This document shows, piece after piece, positions 55,201 through 64,000 of a stretch of DNA of 64,000 nucleotides. The stretch spans positions 177,320,001 through 177,384,000 of the forward strand of contig OZ024743.1 in assembly GCA_964016885.1 (NCBI GenBank), written 5' to 3'. The stretch comes from Eledone cirrhosa (lineage: Eukaryota). The notes beneath the pieces were generated by a model. It was not told the origin of the DNA and made no database searches. It was given only the letters and a program-made list of their open reading frames with translations. Each line of letters starts with the position of its first letter. The first letter of the stretch is position 1. Made by a program: the position numbers and the translations under genes.

Positions 55201-58200
55201 TGGGATTCATGTGGAGAATGATTTCCATATTGTCAGATCTTATGAAAGTGGGATTCATGTGGAGAATGTTTTGCATATTGTCAGATGTTATGAAAGTGGG
55301 ATTCATATGGAGAATGTTTTGCATATTGTCAGATGTTATGAAAGTAGGATTCATGTGGAGAATGTTTTGCATATTGTCAGATGTTATGAAAGTAGGATTC
55401 ATGTGGAGAATGATTTCCATATTGTCAGATCTTATGAAAGTGGGATTCATGTGGAGAATGTTTTACATATTGTCAGATGTTATGAAAGTGGGATTCATGT
55501 GGAGAATGATTTCCATATTGTCAGGTGTTATGAAAGTGGGATTAATGTGGAGAATGTTTTGCATATTGTCAGATGTTATGAAAGTGGGATTCACGTGGAG
55601 AATGTTTTCCATATTGTCAGATGTTATGAAAATGGGATTGATGTGGAGAATGATTTCCATATTGTGAGATCTTATGAAAGTGGGATTCATGTGGAGAATG
55701 TTTTGCATATTGTCAGAAGTTATGAAAGTGGGATTCATGTGGAGAATGTTTCCCATTTTGTCAGATGTTATGAAAGTGGGATTCATGTGGAGAATGATTT
55801 CCATATTGTGAGATCTTATGAAAGTGGCATTCATGTGGAAGATGTTTTGCATATTGTCAGATGTTATGAAAGTGGGATTCATGTGGAGAATGTTTTCCAT
55901 ATTGTCACATCTTATGAAAGTGGGATTTATGTGGAGAATGATTTCCATATTGTCAGATCTTATGAAAGTGGGATTCATGTGGAGAATGTTTTGCATATTG
56001 TCAGATGTTATGAAAGTGGGATTCATGTGGAGAATGTTTTGCATATTGTCAGATGTTATGAAAGTAGGATTCATGTGGAGAATGATTTCCATATTGTCAG
56101 ATCTTATGAAAGTGGGATTCATGTGGAGAATGTTTTACATATTGTCAGATGTTATGAAAGTGGGATTCATGTGGAGAATGATTTCCATATTGTCAGATGT
56201 TATGAAAGTAGGATTAATGTGGAGAATATTTTGCATATTGTCAGATGCTATGAAAGTGGGATTCACGTGGAGAATGTTTTCCATATTGTCAGATGTTATG
56301 AAAGTGGGATTGATGTGGAGAATGTTTTGCATATTGTCAGATGTTATGAAAGTGGGATTCATGTGGAGAATGTTTTCAATATTGTCAGATGTTATGAAGG
56401 TGGGATTGATGTGGAGAATGTTTTGCATATTGTCAGATGTTATGAAAGTGGGATTCATGTGGAGAAAGATTTCAATATTGTCATATCTTATGAAAGTGGG
56501 ATTCATGTGGTGAATGTTTTCCATATTGTCATATCTTATGAAATTGGGATTCATGTGGAGAATGTTTTGCATACTGTCAGATCTTATGAAAGTGGGATTC
56601 ATGTGGAGAATGATTTCCATATTGTCAGATCTTATGAATGTGGGATTCATGTGGAGAATATTTTGCATAGTGTCAGATGTTATGAATGTGGGATTGATGT
56701 AGAGAATGTTTTACATATTGTCAGATCTTATGAAAGTGGGATTCATGTGGAGAATGTTTTCCATATTGTTAGATGTTATGAAAGTGGGATTCATGTGGAG
56801 AATGTTTTACACATTGTCAGATGCTATGAAAGTGGGATTCATGTGGAGAATGTTTTGCATATTGTCAGATGTTATGAAAGTGGGATTCATGTGGAGAATG
56901 ATTTCGATATTGTCAGATCTTATGAAAGTGTGATTCATTTGGAGAATGTTTTGCATATTGTCAGATGTTATGAAAGTGGGATTCATGTGGAGAATGTTTT
57001 CCATATTGTCAGGAGTTATGAAGGTGGGATTCATGTGGAGAATGATTTCCATACTGTCAGATCTTATGAAAGTGGGATTCATGTGGAGAATATTTTCCAT
57101 ATTGTTAGATGTTATGAAAGTGGGATTCATGTGGAAAATGATTTACATATTGTCAGATGTTATGAAAGTGGGATTCATGTAGAGAATGTTTTCCATATTG
57201 TCAGCTCTTATGAAAGTGGGATTCATGTGGATAATGTTTTCCATATTGCCAGATCTTATGAAAGTGGGATTCATGTGGAGAATGTTTTGCATATTGTCAG
57301 ATGTTATGAAAGTGGGATTCATGTGGAGAATGTTTTCCATATTGTCAGATCTTATGAAAGTGGGATTCATGTGGAGAATGTTTTCCATATTGTCAGATCT
57401 TATGAAAGTGGGATTCATGTGGAGAATGTTTTGCATATTGTCAGATGTTATGAAAGTGGGATTCATGTGGAGAATGATTTCCATATTGTCAGATGTTATG
57501 AAAGTGGGATTAATGTGGAGAATGTTTTGCATATTGTCAGATGTTATGAAAGTGGGATTCACGTGGAGAATGTTTTCCATATTGTCAGATGTTATGAAAG
57601 TGGGACTCATGTGGAGAATGTTTTGCATATTGTCAGATGTTATGAAAGTGGGATTCATGTGGAGAATGTTTTGCATATTGTCAGATGTTATGAAAGTGGG
57701 ATTCATGTGGAGAATGTTTTGCATATTGTCAGATGTTATGAAAGTAGGATTCATGTGGAGAATGATTTCCATATTGTCAGATCTTATGAAAGTGGGATTC
57801 ATGTGGAGAATGTTTTACATATTGTCAGATGTTATGAAAGTGGGATTCATGTGGAGAATGATTTCCATATTGTCAGATGTTATGAAAGTGGGATTAATGT
57901 GGAGAATATTTTGCATATTGTCAGATGCTATGAAAGTGGGATTCACGTGGAGAATGTTTTCCATATTGTCAGATGTTATGAAAGTGGGATTGATGTGGAG
58001 AATGTTTTGCATATTGTCAGATGTTATGAAAGTGGGATTCATGTGGAGAATGTTTTCAATATTGTCAGATGTTATGAAGGTGGGATTGATGTGGAGAATG
58101 TTTTGCATATTGTCAGATGTTATGAAAGAGGGATTCATGTGGAGAAAGATTTCAATATTGTCATATCTTATGAAAGTGGGATTCATGTGGTGAATGTTTT

Positions 58201-61200
58201 CCATATTGTCATATCTTATGAAATTGGGATTCATGTGGAGAATGTTTTGCATACTGTCTGATCTTATGAAAGTGGGATTCATGTGGAGAATGATTTCCAT
58301 ATTGTCAGATCTTATGAATGTGGGATTCATGTGGAGAATATTTTGCATAGTGTCAGATGTTATGAATGTGGGATTGATGTAGAGAATGTTTTACATATTG
58401 TCAGATCTTATGAAAGTGGGATTCATGTGGAGAATGTTTTCCATATTGTTAGATGTTATGAAAGTGGGATTCATGTGGAGAATGTTTTACACATTGTCAG
58501 ATGCTATGAAAGTGGGATTCATGTGGAGAATGTTTTGCATATTGTCAGATGTTATGAAAGTGGGATTCATGTGGAGAATGATTTCGATATTGTCAGATCT
58601 TATGAAAGTGTGATTCATTTGGAGAATGGTTTGCATATTGTCAGATGTTATGAAAGTGGGATTCATGTGGAGAATGTTTTCCATATTGTCAGGAGTTATG
58701 AAGGTGGGATTCATGTGGAGAATGATTTCCATACTGTCAGATCTTATGAAAGTGGGATTCATGTGGAGAATATTTTCCATATTGTTAGATGTTATGAAAG
58801 TGGGATTCATGTGGAAAATGATTTACATATTGTCAGATGTTATGAAAGTGGGATTCATGTAGAGAATGTTTTCCATATTGTCAGCTCTTATGAAAGTGGG
58901 ATTCATGTGGATAATGTTTTCCATATTGCCAGATCTTATGAAAGTGGGATTCATGTGGAGAATGTTTTGCATATTGTCAGATGTTATGAAAGTGGGATTC
59001 ATGTGGAGAATGTTTTCCATATTGTCAGATCTTATGAAAGTGGGATTCATGTGGAGAATGTTTTCCATATTGTCAGATCTTATGAAAGTGGGATTCATGT
59101 GGAGAATGTTTTGCATATTGTCAGATGTTATGAAAGTGGGATTCATGTGGAGAATGATTTCCATATTGTCAGATGTTATGAAAGTGGGATTAATGTGGAG
59201 AATGTTTTGCATATTGTCAGATGTTATGAAAGTGGGATTCACGTGGAGAATGTTTTCCATATTGTCAGATGTTATGAAAGTGGGACTCATGTGGAGAATG
59301 TTTTGCATATTGTCAGATGTTATGAAAGTGGGATTCATGTGGAGAATGTTTTGCATATTGTCAGATGTTATGAAAGTGGGATTCATGTGGAGAATGTTTT
59401 GCATATTGTCAGATGTTATGAAAGTAGGATTCATGTGGAGAATGTTTTGCATATTGTCAGATGTTATGAAAGTAGGATTCATGTGGAGAATGATTTCCAT
59501 ATTGTCAGATCTTATGAAAGTGGGATTCATGTGGAGAATGTTTTACATATTGTCAGATGTTATGAAAGTGGGATTCATGTGGAGAATGATTTCCATATTG
59601 TCAGGTGTTATGAAAGTGGGATTAATGTGGAGAATGTTTTGCATATTGTCAGATGTTATGAAAGTGGGATTCACGTGGAGAATGTTTTCCATATTGTCAG
59701 ATGTTATGAAAGTGGGATTGATGTGGAGAATGATTTCCATATTGTCAGATCTTATGAAAGTGGGATTCATGTGGAGAATGTTTTGCATATTGTCAGAAGT
59801 TATGAAAGTGGGATTCATGTGGAGAATGTTTCCCATTTTGTCAGATGTTATGAAAGTGGGATTCATGTGGAGAATGATTTCCATATTGTGAGATCTTATG
59901 AAAGTGGCATTCATGTGGAAGATGTTTTGCATATTGTCAGATGTTATGAAAGTGGGATTCATGTGGAGAATGTTTTCCATATTGTCACATCTTATGAAAG
60001 TGGGATTTATGTGGAGAATGATTTCCATATTGTCAGATCTTATGAAAGTGGGATTCATGTGGAGAATGTTTTGCATATTGTCAGATGTTATGAAAGTGGG
60101 ATTCATGTGGAGAATGTTTTGCATATTGTCAGATGTTATGAAAGTAGGATTCATGTGGAGAATGATTTCCATATTGTCAGATCTTATGAAAGTGGGAGTC
60201 ATGTGGAGAATGTTTTACATATTGTCAGATGTTATGAAAGTGGGATTAATGTGGAGAATATTTTGCATATTGTCAGATGCTATGAAAGTGGGATTCACGT
60301 GGAGAATGTTTTCCATATTGTCAGATGTTATGAAAGTGGGATTGATGTGGAGAATGTTTTGCATATTGTCAGATGTTATGAAAGTGGGATTCATGTGGAG
60401 AATGTTTTCAATATTGTCAGATGTTATGAAGGTGGGATTGATGTGGAGAATGTTTTGCATATTGTCAGATGTTATGAAAGTGGGATTCATGTGGAGAAAG
60501 ATTTCAATATTGTCATATCTTATGAAAGTGGGATTCATGTGGTGAATGTTTTCCATATTGTCATATCTTATGAAATTGGGATTCATGTGGAGAATGTTTT
60601 GCATACTGTCAGATCTTATGAAAGTGGGATTCATGTGGAGAATGGTTTCCATATTGTCAGATCTTATGAATGTGGGATTCATGTGGAGAATATTTTGCAT
60701 AGTGTCAGATGTTATGAATGTGGGATTGATGTAGAGAATGTTTTACATATTGTCAGATCTTATGAAAGTGGGATTCATGTGGAGAATGTTTTCCATATTG
60801 TTAGATGTTATGAAAGTGGGATTCATGTGGAGAATGTTTTACACATTGTCAGATGCTATGAAAGTGGGATTCATGTGGAGAATGTTTTGCATATTGTCAG
60901 ATGTTATGAAAGTGGGATTCATGTGGAGAATGATTTCGATATTGTCAGATCTTATGAAAGTGTGATTCATTTGGAGAATGTTTTGCATATTGTCAGATGT
61001 TATGAAAGTGGGATTCATGTGGAGAATGTTTTCCATATTGTCAGGAGTTATGAAGGTGGGATTCATGTGGAGAATGATTTCCATACTGTCAGATCTTATG
61101 AAAGTGGGATTCATGTGGAGAATATTTTCCATATTGTTAGATGTTATGAAAGTGGGATTCATGTGGAAAATGATTTACATATTGTCAGATGTTATGAAAG

Positions 61201-63400
61201 TGGGATTCATGTAGAGAATGTTTTCCATATTGTCAGCTCTTATGAAAGTGGGATTCATGTGGATAATGTTTTCCATATTGCCAGATCTTATGAAAGTGGG
61301 ATTCATGTGGAGAATGTTTTGCATATTGTCAGATGTTATGAAAGTGGGATTCATGTGGAGAATGTTTTCCATATTGTCAGATCTTATGAAAGTGGGATTC
61401 ATGTGGAGAATGTTTTCCATATTGTCAGATCTTATGAAAGTGGGATTCATGTGGAGAATGTTTTGCATATTGTCAGATGTTATGAAAGTGGGATTCATGT
61501 GGAGAATGATTTCCATATTGTCAGATGTTATGAAAGTGGGATTAATGTGGAGAATGTTTTGCATATTGTCAGATGTTATGAAAGTGGGATTCACGTGGAG
61601 AATGTTTTGCATATTGTCAGATGTTATGAAAGTGGGATTCATGTGGAGAATGTTTTGCATATTGTCAGATGTTATGAAAGTAGGATTCATGTGGAGAATG
61701 TTTTCCATATTGTCAGATCTTATGAAAGTGGGATTCATGTGGAGAATGTTTTACATATTGTCAGATGTTATGAAAGTGGGATTCATGTGGAGAATGATTT
61801 CCATATTGTCAGATGTTATGAAAGTGGGATTAATGTGGAGAATGTTTTGCATATTGTCAGATGTTATGAAAGTGGGATTCACGTGGAGAATGTTTTCCAT
61901 ATTGTCAGATGTTATGAAAGTGGGATTGATGTGGAGAATGATTTCCATATTGTCAGATCTTATGAAAGTGGGATTCATGTGGAGAATGTTTTGCATATTG
62001 TCAGAAGTTATGAAAGTGGGATTCATGTGGAGAATGTTTCCCATTTTGTCAGATGTTATGAAAGTGGGATTCATGTGGAGAATGATTTCCATATTGTGAG
62101 ATCTTATGAAAGTGGCATTCATGTGGAAGATGTTTTGCATATTGTCAGATGTTATGAAAGTGGGATTCATGTGGAGAATGTTTTCCATATTGTCACATCT
62201 TATGAAAGTGGGATTCATGTGGAGAATGATTTCCATATTGTCAGATCTTATGAAAGTGGGATTCATGTGGAGAATGTTTTGCATATTGTCAGATGTTATG
62301 AAAGTGGGATTCATGTGGAGAATGTTTTGCATATTGTCAGATGTTATGAAAGTGGGATTCATGTGGAGAATGATTTCCATATTGTCAGATCTTATGAAAG
62401 TGGGATTCATGTGGAGAATGTTTTACATATTGTCAGATGTTATGAAAGTGGGATTCATGTGGAGAATGATTTCCATATTGTCAGATGTTATGAAAGTGGG
62501 ATTAATGTGGAGAATATTTTGCATATTGTCAGATGTTATGAAAGTGGGATTCACGTGGAGAATGTTTTCCATATTGTCAGATGTTATGAAAGTGGGATTG
62601 ATGTGGAGAATGTTTTGCATATTGTCAGATGTTATGAAAGTGGGATTCATGTGGAGAATGTTTTCAATATTGTCAGATGTTATGAAGGTGGGATTGATGT
62701 GGAGAATGTTTTGCATATTGTCAGATGTTATGAAAGTGGGATTCATGTGGAGAAAGATTTCCATATTGTCATATCTTATGAAAGTGGGATTCATGTGGTG
62801 AATGTTTTCCATATTGTCATATCTTATGAAATTAGGATTCATGTGGAGAATGTTTTGCATATTGTCAGATCTTATGAAAGTGGGATTCATGTGGAGAATG
62901 ATTTCCATATTGTCAGATCTTATGAATGTGGGATTCATGTGGAGAATGTTTTGCATAGTGTTAGATGTTATGAATGTGGGATTGATGTAGAGAATGTTTT
63001 ACATATTGTCAGATCTTATGAAAGTGGGATTCATGTGGAGAATGTTTTCCATATTGTTAGATGTTATGAAAGTGGGATTCATGTGGAGAATGTTTTACAC
63101 ATTGTCAGATGCTATGAAAGTGGGATTCATGTGGAGAATGTTTTGCATATTGTCAGATGTTATGAAAGTGGGATTCATGTGGAGAATGATTTCGATATCG
63201 TCAGATCTTATGAAAGTGGGATTCATTTGGAGAATGTTTTGCATATTGTCAGATGTTATGAAAGTGGGATTCATGTGGAGAATGTTTTCCATATTGTCAG
63301 GAGTTATGAAGGTGGGATTCATGTGGAGAATGATTTCCATACTGTCAGATCTTATGAAAGTGGGATTCATGTGGATAATGTTTTCCATATTGCCAGATCT
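52270..63400. repeat. Indel-free distal domain of overlapping duplications (offsets 3024, 1680, 4080, 2352 and 2208 bp = 63, 35, 85, 49 and 46 monomers)
   Basis: ORF pairs 52439/55463/59543/61751, 53111/56135/57815/60215/62423, 54119/57143/58823/61175. Markers agtgtgattcattt and gtcaggagttat recur with these offsets. Confidence 0.87.
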
Positions 63401-64000
63401 TATGAAAGTGGGATTCATGTGGAGAATGTTTTGCATATTGTCAGATGTTATGAAAGTGGGATTCATGTGGAGAATGTTTTCCATATTGTCAGATCTTATG
63501 AAAGTGGGATTCATGTGGAGAATGTTTTCCATATTGTCAGATCTTATGAAAGTGGGATTCATGTGGAGAATGTTTTGCATATTGTCAGATGTTATGAAAG
63601 TGGGATTCATGTGGAGAATGTTTTCCATATTGTCAGATCTTATGAAAGTGGGATTGATGTGGAGAATGTTTTGCATAATGTCAGATGTTATGAAAGTAGG
63701 ATTGATGTGGAGAATGTTTTGCATATTGTTAGATGTTATGAAAGTGGGATTCATGTGGAGAATGTTTTCCATATGGTCAGATATTATGAAAGTGGGATTC
63801 ATGTGGAGAATGTTTTCCATATTGTCAGATGTTATGAAAGTGGGATTGATGTGGAGAATGTCTTGCATATTGTCAGATGTTATGAAAGTGGGATTCATGT
63901 GGAGAATGTTTTCCATATTGTCAGATGTTATGAAAGTGGGATTCATGTGGAGAATGCTTTCCATATTGTCAGATGTTATGAAAGTGGGATTGATGTGGAG

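Larger units (their letters stand above)
1..64000. repeat. 48-bp tandem satellite array, ~1,333 head-to-tail monomers, open at both window ends
   Basis: The monomer GAAAGTGGGATTCATGTGGAGAATGTTTT(C/G/A)CATATTGTCAGAT(G/C)TTAT recurs every 48 bp from position 1. The last monomer starts at 63980 (=1+48x1333-5), matching the net -5 of observed indels. All ORF translations have a 16-aa period. Same orientation throughout, with no interrupting sequence. Confidence 0.99.

Noticed and set aside
5-63964. Hundreds of long ORFs on both strands (KVGFMWRMFSILSDVM, ESGIHVENVFHIVRCY and MNPTFITSDNMENILH repeats)
   Set aside because: A 48-bp unit with three stop-free frames produces these automatically. They overlap in three frames, lack unique domains, carry mostly non-synonymous variation and show propagated stops and frameshifts. 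None is annotated as a CDS.
1-64000. CRISPR array or other repeat-spacer system
   Set aside because: There are no unique spacers: the entire 48 bp is conserved, with only point variants. No cas genes or leader sequence.
1-64000. Identity with the human 48-bp centromeric repeat (CER/D22Z3), a CENP-B box, telomeric repeats or G-quadruplex arrays
   Set aside because: From recall, only the unit length and very short words are shared with CER (needs an alignment to confirm). No CpG-containing CENP-B box, no TTAGGG-type unit, and just one GGG tract per 48 bp.
1-64000. Variant pattern as an encoded message or a diversity-generating cassette library
   Set aside because: Variant order is explained by nested duplication and deletion. 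No reverse transcriptase, recombinase, expression site or adenine-specific mutation pattern is visible in the window.

Overview
The whole 64,000-bp window is one uninterrupted, head-to-tail tandem array of a 48-bp AT-rich monomer (consensus GAAAGTGGGATTCATGTGGAGAATGTTTTCCATATTGTCAGATGTTAT; ~35% GC, no CpG in the consensus). It holds 1,333 complete monomers plus a 21-bp partial copy. Monomer phase drifts by a net -5 bp across the window, which the 19 single-base indels I could locate (12 deletions, 7 insertions) fully explain. I see no unique sequence, gene, RNA gene, transposon, inversion or CRISPR spacer. The many long ORFs arise because 48 is divisible by 3 and three of six consensus frames have no stop codon; they are not supported as genes. 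An array of this size and type most likely represents eukaryotic satellite DNA (inference); I do not recognise the family or species. The informative signal is the internal architecture: rare monomer variants reveal nested, mostly two-copy block duplications (20 to 117 monomers), spatial domains with private variants, an ancestral monomer order detectable across all 64 kb, a recurrent -1/+1 indel cassette and chimeric junction monomers. I found no evidence for a new protein-coding or defence system.
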